DNA from: Octopus sinensis
Lineage: Eukaryota
DNA length: 64,000 nucleotides
Direction: 5' to 3'
Assembly (NCBI RefSeq): GCF_006345805.1
Contig: NW_021833936.1
Span: 9,950-73,949, forward strand
Below are positions 1 through 11,830 of the stretch, in pieces. The translations under genes and the position numbers were made by a program. Below the pieces are notes generated by a model. That model did no database searches, had not been told where the DNA came from, and saw only the letters and a list, made by a program, of their open reading frames with translations. How positions within the stretch are numbered: position 1 is the stretch's first letter; every line of letters begins with the position of its first letter.

Positions 1-255
1 AGAAAACTTATTCAAAGACTACAGATCCATTCACGGGAACTGTAAAATTCTGTAAAACTTTCCAGAAGTTTATCATTTAAGTATATGAGCATGTCTAGCT
101 ATGCAATAGAGAATACATACATATATGCATGCATACATACAAACACACCCTGTTGTTGATGTTGAAATTCCGATGAAGGAGCCTTAGATCTGGATTAGAA
201 ACCGACTCTTTCTCTATTGGCAAGAAATCTTGAAATAAAACTGAATAATGACAAT

Positions 256-395
256 TATACATGCATACATACATACATACATACATACGTACGTACGTAC
301 ATACATACAAACATACATACATACATACATACATACATACATACATACATACATACATACATACATACATACATACATACATACATACATACATA
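256..395. repeat. (TACA)n microsatellite
   Basis: Near-perfect tetranucleotide run; source of the HTYI/MYVC ORFs. Confidence 0.95.
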
Positions 396-423
396 CGTGT
401 GTTTTTGTACAATGTGTGCATAT

Positions 424-586
424 AGGCGCAGGAGCGGCTATGTGGTAAGTAGCTTGCTAACCAACCACATGGTTCTGGGTTCAGTCCCACTGCGTGGCAT
501 CTTGGGCAAGTGTCTTCTGCTATAACCCCGGGCCGACCAATGCCTTGTGAGTGGATTTGGTAGACGGAAACTGAAAGAAGCCTGTC

Positions 587-632
<46 letters not shown>

Positions 633-830
633 TTGTTCCCCTAGCATTGCTTTACAACCGATGCTGGTGTGATTACGTCCCCGTCACTTAGCGGTTCGGC
701 AAAAAGAGACCGATAGAATAAGTACTGGGCTTACAAAAAGAATAAGTCCCGGGGTCGAGTTGCTCGACTAAAGGCGGTGTTCCAGCATGGCCGCAGTAAA
801 ATGACTGAAACAAGTAAAAGAGTAAAAGAG
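424..830 (+). mobile_element. SINE-A, full length, young subfamily
   Basis: tRNA-like head (aggcgcaggagcggctatgtggtaag...ggttcagtccc), CORE-like ccttgggcaagt segment, internal (AT)n(GT)n, tail ggcggtgttccagcatggccgcag...(taaaagag)n; many homologues in the window. Confidence 0.9.
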
Positions 831-1830
831 TATATACATGTGTGTGTGGAGAGAGAGGGAGAGAGAGTAATTGAGAGAACCAGAAAGGGAGACAGACAGA
901 CAGACAGACAGACAGAACAATGTATGAACAGACAGACACAATTACATATGGATATGTGATAAATAAAATATTACAGAAAGACACAGTATTCCGTATTTTG
1001 CTTTCATGCGTTTCGAAATCGAAAGCGACCAACCTAAATACTATAAAACATCTAGTCCGGCTCTGTACTGCTTTTTGACACTAGAAAAGTCTTTATTGCA
1101 ATTCCAAGGTCACATTAACACATTATTACGCTTAAATAGCATTCATATAAGTACTTCTCCATATTGCGTCCTCGAGCCAGCGGATTAAACAAATCTTCTG
1201 AGCCGATTAGGACAATGTACTATTATATAAACAAACTGTTAACTGACATTATTTTATTTTTCTTATTATTTTTTCTTACCCCTTTTTTGTTTTTTTTTGC
1301 TACAAAATAATTACCTGAACTCTTACATGCTTTTATTATTTATATTTTATTTTTTAAAGGTGATGAATTCATACAAAGCCAGAGATCAGAGAGAAATGTG
1401 AATACTCGTTTAAATCGATCTGTACTTAACCTTACTGGAAATTCATTTTATCGAATGTGGGAAGGATTAAAGACAACCTTGACCTCCAAGTTAACAAAGA
1501 AAAAAACTGTATGTCGTAACATAACATTAAACGGTACTTTCCCTCGTACGCTCTAACGAATATATCAACTCTAATTACTACCCTTGTAGAAGTAAATATC
1601 CCAAAAGATTACTTTAATTGTCCATAAAATTATAAACTTATTAACAATAGCTCATTTTAATATTATTAAAATGAAAAATATATTGTAGGGTTGCAACTGG
1701 AAGCGAAACCAGGTCACTAAAACTGAAGCGTTGTTTTACCCTAATCTATGCATGCAATTATGACCCCATTGCTGAGATGATATTTAAGAATGAAGCCAGA
1801 TTTTACTATAAATTTGTAAAAAAAAAAAAG

Positions 1831-2148
1831 ACTCCGCCGGTTACGACGACGAGGGTCCCAGCTGATACGATCAACGGAACAGCTTGCTCGTGAAATTAAC
1901 GTGCAGATGGCTGAGCATTCCACAGACACGTGTACCCTTAACGTAGTTCTCGGGGATAATCAGCGTGACACAGAGAGTGACAAGGCTGACCCTTTGAAAT
2001 ACAAGTACAACTCATTTTTGCCAGCTGAGTGGACTGGAGCAACGTGAAATAAAGTGTCTTGCTCAAGGACACAACGCGTCGCCGGGAATCGAACTCACAA
2101 CCTTACGATCATGAGCCGAGTGCCCAAACCACTAAGCCACGCGCCCTC
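1831..2148 (-). mobile_element. SINE, head D + tail T
   Basis: Head gcgcgtggcttagtgg...ttcgattccc joined to the same ~170-bp tail as SINE-B; 12-bp TSD ataaatttgtaa at 1808-1819 and 2149-2160. Confidence 0.85.
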
Positions 2149-2424
2149 ATAAATTTGTAAGCACCATTAGCATAACACTACTACACCATAAGTAATTATT
2201 TAATCAACGCTGCCAACTTTCTTTAAACTTGATTGTTTTTAAGTTCCAATAAACGTTTGAGTATGTACTCTCGATAGTAAAGTCTCTAGAAAATTAACAT
2301 TTTAAAATCGAATTTCTGTATTTAATATTTTAAGGTGACAATTATATTCACTAATTGATAAATTTCTGACTCAGTATACTTTCAGCAAATAGCTTATTAA
2401 CAACTTCCATACCTCAAAAAATAA

Positions 2425-2651
2425 GCGGCGAGCTGGCAGAAACGTTAGCACGCCGGATGAAATGCTAAGCGGTATTTCGTCTGCGTTACGTTGTGAGTTC
2501 AAATTCCGCCGAGGTTGACTTTGCCTTTCATCCTTTCGGGGTCGATAAATTAAGTACCAGTTCCGCACTGGGGTCGATGTAATCGACTTAATACCTATGT
2601 CTGTCCTTGTTTGTCCCCTCTGTGTTTGGCCCCTGTGGGTAATAAAGAAAT
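2425..2651 (+). mobile_element. SINE-C monomer (C1 end)
   Basis: Head gcggcgagctggcagaaacgttagc, B-box gagttcaaattcc, central gcctttcatcctttcggggtcgataaa block, end gtgggtaataaagaaata. Confidence 0.9.
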
Positions 2652-3431
2652 ATATATATATATATGTATGTATGTATGTATGTATTGCAGACACACGGTG
2701 GTCTTCGACAAAGTCTCCTTCTACGTTTATCAAGTTCTATACAGAAGGTCAACCTGAGGCTACTGTAGAAGATACACGTGTCCCTCGCGCAGGTGATTCC
2801 GAAGCGAACTTGTTAACCATATTACCACAACTGTACTCAATTCCTTCTATTCACAAACAGATCTTAAAGTACAGCCTCCATTCAATATCAGTTCAATCAA
2901 GAAAAACTGGCGCCAAGAATAAACAACAAAAAAATAAAAAAGGTTTTGTCTCCTGTGAAGGAGACAATGCCTCATATAGGAAATGTAAACAAGTATATTT
3001 AAACCTTCTGTTCAACAAACAAGAGCAAGCCTGTCCGATTTTCTCGCGACCCTTTCCTCTGATTTCAAGGTTTTCCTCCACGTTGCTTCAACACTTCCTC
3101 CTTCTCCCCCACTCTCTTTTCCCACCTCACACTAAGTCTGACATCACCTATATTCCTTATAACTTCCTCCCTTTTTCGTTCAACTATGTCGGCCATTTCC
3201 TGTCTTGTTCTGTGTGATTCACACACATTCACATACACGCACGAGTGTATGCGATATATCACTCAGGTGCACATACATTACACAAACATGCTTCTCTCCT
3301 CTCCCCGTAATACATTCATATAATTCTTACGTTCTACTATCTTTACAATCTACGTTTCATTCTTCACCTTTCTCATATTCGTGCATTGTTAATCTATTTA
3401 TCTCTCTATCTACCTGTCTCTCTCTCTCCCG

Positions 3432-3480
<49 letters not shown>

Positions 3481-3509
3481 GCTTTATTTAAAGCAGCAGA
3501 AAATTCAAC

Positions 3510-3557
3510 AAAATCTGTTACTCTGAGTTTCTCGTTGCCGTTCATCAGACAGTTTTT
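3510..3557 (-). ncRNA. Type I hammerhead ribozyme motif (minimal, PLE-type)
   Basis: Minus strand reads aaaaactgt-CTGATGA-a cg gcaa cg a-GAAA-ctc a gag-TA^acagatttt. Stem I is ctgt/acag plus aaaa/tttt, stem II is 2 bp with a GCAA loop over an A.A pair, stem III is near-palindromic ACTC-A-GAGT, and the triplet is GUA (cut between 3519 and 3518). Confidence 0.7.
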
Positions 3558-3562
3558 GTTAG

Positions 3563-3610
3563 AAAAACTGTCTGATAAACGGCAACGAGAAACTCAGAGT
3601 AACAGATTTT
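3563..3610 (+). ncRNA. Hammerhead copy with core mutation (probably inactive)
   Basis: Identical to the minus-strand motif except CTGATAA (G8 to A at 3577), which breaks the C3-G8 pair. Confidence 0.55.
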
Positions 3611-3693
3611 GTTGAATTTTCTGCTGCTTAAATAAAGCATATTACTCTACCACTGGTATTTGAGTACTCTTTTTTTCCACCTTATTTCACATT

Positions 3694-3728
<35 letters not shown>

Positions 3729-3757
3729 TATATATATATATAGATAGATAGATAGAT

Positions 3758-3792
<35 letters not shown>

Positions 3793-4205
3793 GATAGATA
3801 GATAGATAGATAGATAGATATAAATAGATAGATAGATAGATAGATAATCACATAATTCACATAACTGTAGTGTTTAAACGACAGGAGTAGTGGTTTTCAT
3901 CCGAGAAAGATGCCTTTAAAGAGGTGTTGAAAAAAAAAATACCCAGTGTTCTTCAGATCGAAGTAAAACGTCTTTAAATGTATCTATCCCGATCGAAAAA
4001 AACACCTAAGATCCTAGCGTTTAAGCAACACACGTATGTTAAATAGGTGGTTTTAGTAATATTTACATTATTATGCTGCTTCTAACGCATAATTTGAATT
4101 TATTCATCTTATGCAGCGCAATGTATATAGATATATAATTTTTTAGACATTTTTTTTCCTGACGCAGTCACAATATTTGAAAATAAATTTCACAAGCAAA
4201 AATTA

Positions 4206-4596
4206 GAGGTGGCTGTGTGGTAAAACGCTTGCCTCCCAATCTCATGGTTCCGGATTCAGTCCCACTGTGTGGCACCTTGGCCAAGAGCCATTTCCTACAG
4301 CCTCGGGTTGACCAAATCTTTGTGAGTAGATTTTGTAGAAAGAAACTGAATGAAGCCTGTTGTATATACATATGTATTTATCTATGTTTGTGTCTTTGTG
4401 TCTGTGTTTGCCCCCGCCCCCCACAACCGCTTGACAACCGGTGTTGGTGTGTTTACGTCACGTAACATAGCGGTTCTACAAAAGAGACTGATAGACAATA
4501 GTACCAAGATTAAAGAAAAAACATTGGACTAGAAATTCTTCAAGGCAGTGCCCCAGCATAACCGCAGTCTAACAACTGAAGTAAAAGATAAAAGAT
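4206..4596 (+). mobile_element. SINE-A, diverged subfamily
   Basis: Homologous to 424-830 over its whole length; tail taaaagataaaagata. Confidence 0.85.
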
Positions 4597-4705
4597 ACTA
4601 AAACAAATTCATTTAAAAAAGAAGTTGACAAAGACCCGATGGAAGAAAGTTTGATGGAACGTGTGTCCGAAAAGCTGACTACACTCCACTCCTACGTGAT
4701 TGTGA

Positions 4706-5091
4706 GTGGAGGCGCAATGGCCCAGTGGTTAGGGCAGCGGACTCGCGGTCATAGGATCGCGGTTTCGATTCCCAGACCGGGCGTTGTGAGTGTTTATTGA
4801 GCGAAAACACCTAAAAGTTCCACGAGGCTCCGGCAGGGGATGGTGGTGATCCCTGCTGTACTCTTTCACCACAACTTTTTCTCACTCTTCTTTCCTGTTT
4901 CTGTTGTACCTGTATTTCAAAGGGCCGGCCTTGTCACACTCTGTGTCACGCTGAATATCCCCGAGAACTACGTTAAGGGTACACGTGTCTGTGGAGTGCT
5001 CAGCCACTTACACGTTAATTTCACGAGCAGCCTGTTCCGTTGATTCGGATCAACCGGAACCCTCGTCGTCGTAACCGACGGAGTGCTTCCC
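4706..5091 (+). mobile_element. SINE-B (head B + tail T), full length
   Basis: gtggaggcgcaatggcccagtggttaggg...ttcgattccc head, ends gtaaccgacggagtgcttcc; flanking acgtgattg(t/a)ga duplication. Confidence 0.9.
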
Positions 5092-5374
5092 CCACGTGAT
5101 TGAGAGTATGCTGTGACCTGTTCTAACTGCCGCCTGGTGTTATGATATTACTTGAATACGCCTCTAGATCATCAACAAAAGGATATGACTAATATTAATT
5201 TTCCACATTTCTGCAGATTCTAACATGTAGTTTTGACATCTGACTTAACAAAGTCAACAAGGAATTCACTCTCAGGACAAACATTACAGAGAAAGTATCA
5301 TCTGATTATTCCCGTTGATAATCTAATTCTTTTTGTAACTATAGTAGTTGCTTCAACTCTTAGTGGTAGCTAAT

Positions 5375-5776
5375 CTTTACTCTTTACTCTTTTACTTGTT
5401 TCAGTCATTTGACTGCGGCCATGCTGGAGCACCGCCTTTAGTCGAGCAAATCGACCCCAGGACTTATTCTTTGTAATCCCAGTACTTATTCTATCGGTCT
5501 CTTTTGCCGAACCGCTAAGTGACGGCGACGTAAACACACCAGCATCGGTTGTCAAGCAATGCTAGGGGGACAAACACAGACACACAATCATATATATATA
5601 CATACATATATACGACGGGCTTCTTTCAGTTTCCGTCTACCAAATCCACTCACAAGGCTTTGGTTGGCCCGAGGCTATAGTAGAAGACACTTGCCCAAGA
5701 TGCGACGCAGTGGGACTGAACCCGGAACCATGTGGTTGGTAAGCAAGCTACTTACCACACAGCCACTCCTGCGCCT
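5375..5776 (-). mobile_element. SINE-A, full length
   Basis: Reverse complement of the 424-830 consensus. Confidence 0.9.
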
Positions 5777-6052
5777 ATGTTGTAATCTATCATTTAGTTG
5801 CCTCGATTAAAACAGATGAAACCATGGCGTGGCGAGGCTAAGCGACGATAGTGTCTATGAGTGAGGGACATGGTTAAACACTTTATTATATTCTAATCAG
5901 TCAAGGCGTCATCAACTTGCAGTTTTGTTTCCTCCGAAATAGCTTTATTAATCAGGAGCTGATCGGCACAGCTCCAAACTCCTTTCAATTGCCTGTTTAT
6001 CAGTCACCACATCCTAGAAAAATACACTAAATCAAACTGTATACAGTCAAAT

Positions 6053-6431
6053 GTGGAGGCGCAATGACCTAGTGGTTAGGGCAGCGGACTCGCGGTCATA
6101 GGATCGCGGTTTCGATTCCCAGACCAGGCGTTGTGAGTGTTTATTGAGCGAAAACACCTCCACGAGGCTCCGGCAGGGAATGGTGGTGATCCCTGCTGTA
6201 CTCTTTCACCACAACTTTCTCTCACTCTTACTTCCTGTTTCTGTTGTACCTGTATTTCAAAGGGCCGGCCTTGTCACTCTCTGTGTCACGCTGAATATCC
6301 CCGAGAACTACGTTAAGGGTGCACGTGTCTGTGGAGTGCTCAGCCACTTACACGTTCATTTCACGAGCAGGCTGTTCCGTTGATTCGGATCAACCGGAAC
6401 CCTCATCGTCGTAACCGACGGAGTGATTCCA
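6053..6431 (+). mobile_element. SINE-B, full length
   Basis: 12-bp TSD atacagtcaaat at 6041-6052 and 6433-6444. Confidence 0.92.
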
Positions 6432-6599
6432 CATACAGTCAAATAATTACTGCATCATCCTCAACAGATTCATTGGTTTAACAATTAAGAAAAGTGTTCA
6501 ATCCAGCAACTAGCAGTCTATGTTCTTTAGGCAACAAAATACGTCATCATCAACTACTAGAAAATCAAGGCAAGATCTTCCAAAGAGTGATATTTTAAA

Positions 6600-6763
6600 G
6601 ACTTGGTATAAATATTTTATAGCCTTGTAGTAAACAAGCGTAGATTCTACTGCTCAGAGAGTTCACTGCACAGTAATGTATAAAGAGTGTCATGTTTTGC
6701 AAACAAGAGTCTCTGAACCTCGGCATTAGTTTCATTAAACCAGTCCCAATGGCTGACAGCAGC
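6600..6763 (-). pseudogene. RTE-clade LINE ORF fragment (endonuclease-RT linker)
   Basis: Translates to SHWDWFNETNAEVQRLLFAKHDTLYTLL, resembling the HQDWFDENDxEIQxLLxxK motif of RTE/BovB proteins; in-frame stops follow. Confidence 0.55.
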
Positions 6764-6935
6764 ATACATACACACATACATATATACGTGCATACATGTA
6801 CGTATAGATACAAACATACTTGCGTATGAGCGTACGAACACATACGTACACACACACTCACACACATATATATATATACATAACATACATACATACATAC
6901 ATACACATACATATATATATACATACATACATATA

Positions 6936-7027
<92 letters not shown>

Positions 7028-7295
7028 AACAGTGTGCTACCATTTTTGACCCCCGCTAAATCCCAATTTTATTTACTTGCTTTGCGGGAGCAATGTTTAT
7101 CGAAAGCGTATATTGTTGTTAAATGCTCGAAATACGAGACTAGAAAAACACCCAACAACTGATGAAGGTTCGTTCTTTGTGTTGTTTTCCATTTGTGTCT
7201 TTCGTGTTCAAAAGAATAGTTCATGTTCCATGTACTCGTGATTCATACTTTTGTGTTGTACACGTTTCATGACGTTCTGTGCCCATATATGCATA

Positions 7296-7335
<40 letters not shown>

Positions 7336-7680
7336 TATATACATTACGATAGATTGAACGGCACGCACACTTCTTCCAAGTATATTTTATCTTAATAATT
7401 CTGATGCGCACGCTATACGATCTTATTCTCTCTTTTCTCTTGCTATTCTTTTACCTCCTCTTCTCCCACTATTATCTATCCTATTACTCTGTCACTCTCT
7501 CTTCCTCACTTCTCCTCCCTTGCTCACGTAGCTCCCACGTGACCATCGGTCATCTTTCTTCTCTCCGTTGTAGCTGAAACAAGGAGGAAGACGTACTCTT
7601 GTTTGTCTCTGTCCTATATAAACGTATAGATGTTGTACATATACGTATGTATATATATGCATATATATATAATATATATT

Positions 7681-7717
<37 letters not shown>

Positions 7718-7957
7718 GTTTGTATGTATACATACATAGATATATATATGCACATATACATACACATATATACATACACACACATACACAGTCACATATA
7801 AATGCATATATGTTGTACATGTGCGCGCGTTTGTGCGTGTGTGCGTATGCATATACGACACACGTACGTTTCCTATTCTTCTGAGTATGTGTATGTGTGT
7901 ATTCTAATGAATTACATTTGTCTGTTATACTACATACATTATATATATATATATATA

Positions 7958-8004
<47 letters not shown>

Positions 8005-8372
8005 TATAAATACTATATATATATATATATATATATAAATATATATATACATATATATATACATATATAAATATATATACATATATATATATGTATGTAA
8101 TATATATACATATATTATATATACATATATATATATGGGTATAATCTATGTATTATATATATATTGTCCATACATACCTCCTCTCTCTTTCTTAGTCTCT
8201 TTCCTTAGTCTCTTTCTTTCTTTCTCTCTCTCTCTCTCTCGGGTCCTTGTTTCCTTCTGAGTGTGTCTGTGTATGTGTATTCGTATATACATCTGTATAT
8301 ATGATTTTGTGTAAATATATGTGTGTAAAAATATGATGCATGCACGCACGTGATCTTTTGTTATAGCAAATA

Positions 8373-8440
<68 letters not shown>

Positions 8441-8450
8441 TATACATCAG
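6764..8450. repeat. Cluster of (TACA)n/(TA)n/(GA)n microsatellites with short unique spacers
   Basis: Directly visible simple repeats. Confidence 0.85.
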
Positions 8451-9265
8451 GTTTGTAAGAATGTGATCTTGTTTGTATGTATATGTATATGCCTTTACGT
8501 TTAAATGTTTGTGTAGACGTATGATGTAGTATCCCTGTATGTATGAAGAAAGGCATGCAATCATGTATGTATTTGACTTTGCGTGTGTGTGTGTGTGTAT
8601 GTGTGTGTGTGCGTGTGTGTGTGTGTGTGTGCGCGTATGTACAGATGCGTGCATATATGTAATCTTGCTTTCTTCCATAATTAAATAGAAATTCAGTAAA
8701 GGAAATAAGAGCAGAAACGAGAACCAGAAACAAAAAACAACAACAAAAAACAACAACAACAAAAAAGAACAATAACGGCATTATCAACATTATCAACATC
8801 AACAGTAATAATAACAACAACAACAACAATAACAACAAGCAACAAAATACCAAAAGCAAAAAAAAACAGAAAGACGAAAAAGAAAAAATTAAAAAGAATT
8901 AAACGAAAAACCTAAAAATAAGTCAAAATGTAGAAACAGTGAAGTGGAATTGTCAAAACATCTAAGGACTATTTTGTTGTTGTTGTTGTTGTTTTGTTGT
9001 TGTTGTGTTGTGTTGCTGTTGCTGTTCTTGTTGGTGTTGTTGTTTTTGACATTTTCTATCTGCTTTAAACCGGTTGTGATAAAACTGGAAAGATAAATCA
9101 ATATTTCACACTGTTAGATATCATGGGTAAAACCTGAAGACAATACGAGAAAACTTCGCCAATATCACTTGTATTTTAGACACACTATAGATGCTCCTAT
9201 AGGTTATTCTGCTCATGCGCATACACGTATGCGTGTACGTATATGAAAGCCTAAGTATGCGAGTA

Positions 9266-9302
<37 letters not shown>

Positions 9303-9309
9303 GTAACTG

Positions 9310-9390
<81 letters not shown>

Positions 9391-9415
9391 TGAAATATAC
9401 ATATATGTGTGTATG

Positions 9416-9447
<32 letters not shown>

Positions 9448-9665
9448 GTTGTGTGTGTGTGTGTGTTTATATATATTCCTTCTTCCCTTCTTTCCTGAGC
9501 GTCCAATAATACTTTATTTGTCCCACATCCTCGCGTTGTTGTCTTTTTGTTTTCTTGTTTGGATTAACTTTATATATATATATATACATGTTTTTATATA
9601 TATATATATATATATACATACATACATACGCGCGCACGCACACACGCACATATACAGATAGATAG

Positions 9666-9753
<88 letters not shown>

Positions 9754-9900
9754 CCCGTTTACCATTAGCTGTCGGAAAAAATAGTACACAATACCATGTA
9801 GTGATTAATATTTTATTTTGATCGAGTCAGGTTAGCCTGAAGACCCTTAATGCCTAAGGTGAAACTGAGACTAGCAAGAGGCTGGTTCGACCAAAATAAC

Positions 9901-9948
<48 letters not shown>

Positions 9949-10308
9949 CTGGTGCCGTACTGGTATTATTAATTCTTTTTTAAACTTACATTCTTTTAGC
10001 ATAAAAAGTTTTAATCGTATCTTAGATAATGAAATCTATACTTATTTTTTTTCGACGATGATCATTTCAATGCATGTAAATGGCTTCCCCAATAAACTTG
10101 CATTTCGTTTTAGAAGCTCCGAGGAAGCTATAAGGTGATGCTGAATCACGTATCTCTGAGTGCACTGCGTCCTATAGCAGAAACACCTGTAAACCAAGGA
10201 CGTTCATTGCATAATTTCCTGTTCCTTTGTATTTTGTTTAATTTCGTATACATATATATCTACATATACGTGGTGTGGTCAAAAATATATCCGCATTGTT
10301 GCCATAGT

Positions 10309-10720
10309 AGGAGTGGCTCTGTGGTAAGTATCTTGCTTACCAACCACATGGTTCCGTGTTCAGTCCCACTTCTACTATAGCCTTGGGCTGACCAATGCCT
10401 TGTAAGTGGATTTGGTTGGCGGAAACGGAAAAAGCCCGTCGTATGTGTGTGTGTGTGTGTGTGTGTGTGTCTATGTGTGTGTGTGTGTGTGTGTGTTTGT
10501 GTGTGTGTGTATGTTTGCGTGTCTGTGTTTGTCCCCTCCCCAAGATCGCTTGACAACCGATGCTGGTGTGTTTACGTCCTTGTAACCTAGCGGTTCGGCA
10601 AAAGAGACCGATAGAGTAAGTACTAGGCTTACAAAGAATAAGTCCTGGGGTCGATGTGCTCGACTAAAGGCGGTGCTCCAGCATGGCCACAGTCAAATGA
10701 CTGAAACAAGTAAAAGAGAG
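10309..10720 (+). mobile_element. SINE-A inserted in the left arm of the mariner foldback
   Basis: Near full-length SINE-A splitting ...gccatagta from the rest of the arm. Confidence 0.88.
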
Positions 10721-10955
10721 TATTGTAACAACGCTGAAGCACGCAGAATGAAGCCGCTTTGGCTCAGATTGACCTTAAACTCTGATGTGCATGCACACTA
10801 AGTTTTAACGGTCTAGCTCACTTCTGCAGTTTACAGCAATGCTTGAAAGGAACGTGTGTAGTGTGTGATCGTCTTATTGACCATAACAGAGAAAGTTGGG
10901 CAGAGAATCTGCATCAAATTTTGCCAAAAGCATGGTGATATCAGCTCAGAGGCCT

Positions 10956-11393
10956 GAGTTTTCAAAGTTTTCAAAAAGTTTTCATCGTTCTTGACACAAT
11001 CAACGAGATATTGTGCAACTAAAACCTCAGAGACCTTTTGGTTAACTGAAAGCAGTTTTGGCACAAACTTGGCAGATACGCTTCTCATAACTCAAAACCT
11101 CAATGATAATGGATTGAACTGAACCGTAACTAATCTGCACATCCTTTGATAACTTACGGATGGTGATTCGACGATTTTCCCTCACAACTGCACCACATCT
11201 CCGATATTTTTCTCATTTCTGCTGGTTGCGAGTCTCCTAGATCGTTCATCAATATCAACATTTTTTCGGCCATCTTGGAAATGTCTGAATCACTCCTACA
11301 CTTCTGTACAGTTCATACACTTCTCTCCATACATTTACTGCAATTTTGCGTAGGCCTCTGAACAAGTATCGCCATGACAACTTTCTCTGTCAT
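10956..11393 (-). pseudogene. Mariner transposase N-terminal (HTH) fragment
   Basis: With frameshifts and stops: MTEKV..GDTCSEAYAKLQ*MYGEKCM...RENRRITIRKLSKDVQISYGSVQSII...SAKFVPKLLSVNQK...VKNDENFLKT; truncated before the DD34D domain. Confidence 0.85.
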
Positions 11394-11830
11394 GGTCAAT
11401 GCGACGATCATACGCTACACACCTTCCTTCTAAGCACTGCTGTAAACAGCAGAAGTGAGCTAGAATGTTAAAACTTAGGACGCATGCATAGCAGAGTTCA
11501 AGGTCAATCTTTGCCAAGTGGCTTCACTCTTCGTTACTATGGCAACAGTCCGGATATTTATTGATCAGACCTCTTATATGTACGTTGTGTGTATGTCTCC
11601 TCTGTGTAAAAGCCCGAGTGCTTAATAAAAGAAAATAGTTGACAGATTCTTTTTCAATTCCGTTTCATCACTTGTGATCCCTGTAAGACGTGAGTGACAT
11701 TGTTAATTACTTGTTGGAGGTCTCCTCTCGTGGGTGTTCCTACGATTATTGATTGCTGAAATTACTGTTACTGTTGTTTGCATACGATATTGTTAAATTG
11801 TGTTTGTTTTCGTCCCATTCATCGGGTGAG

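Larger units (their letters stand above)
3477..3695. mobile_element. Penelope-like pseudo-LTR remnant in foldback configuration
   Basis: ~80-bp near-perfect inverted arms (3477-3557 and 3563-3642) with a 5-nt loop, each arm carrying a hammerhead motif. The right arm continues through AATAAA into a segment also found at 44632-44698. PLE assignment is inferred from the hammerhead type and the inversion. Confidence 0.65.
10269..11574. mobile_element. Mariner-derived foldback element made of two inverted 5' ends
   Basis: TA-flanked TIRs cgtggtgtggtcaaaaatatatccgcattg (left) and agaggtctgatcaataaatatccggactg (right, reverse complement). Arms 10269-10308+10721-10955 and 11350-11574 are homologous through the transposase start. 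Confidence 0.8.

Noticed and set aside
4706-4790. tRNA-like sequences at SINE heads
   Set aside because: A and B boxes are present but they continue into SINE bodies, lack a clean cloverleaf and occur with TSDs; not called tRNA genes.
7095-7170. Hammerhead-like boxes (cgaaa ... ttgttg/caacaa ctgatga) in permuted order
   Set aside because: Stem I is plausible but stems II and III do not pair; at most a degraded PLE remnant.
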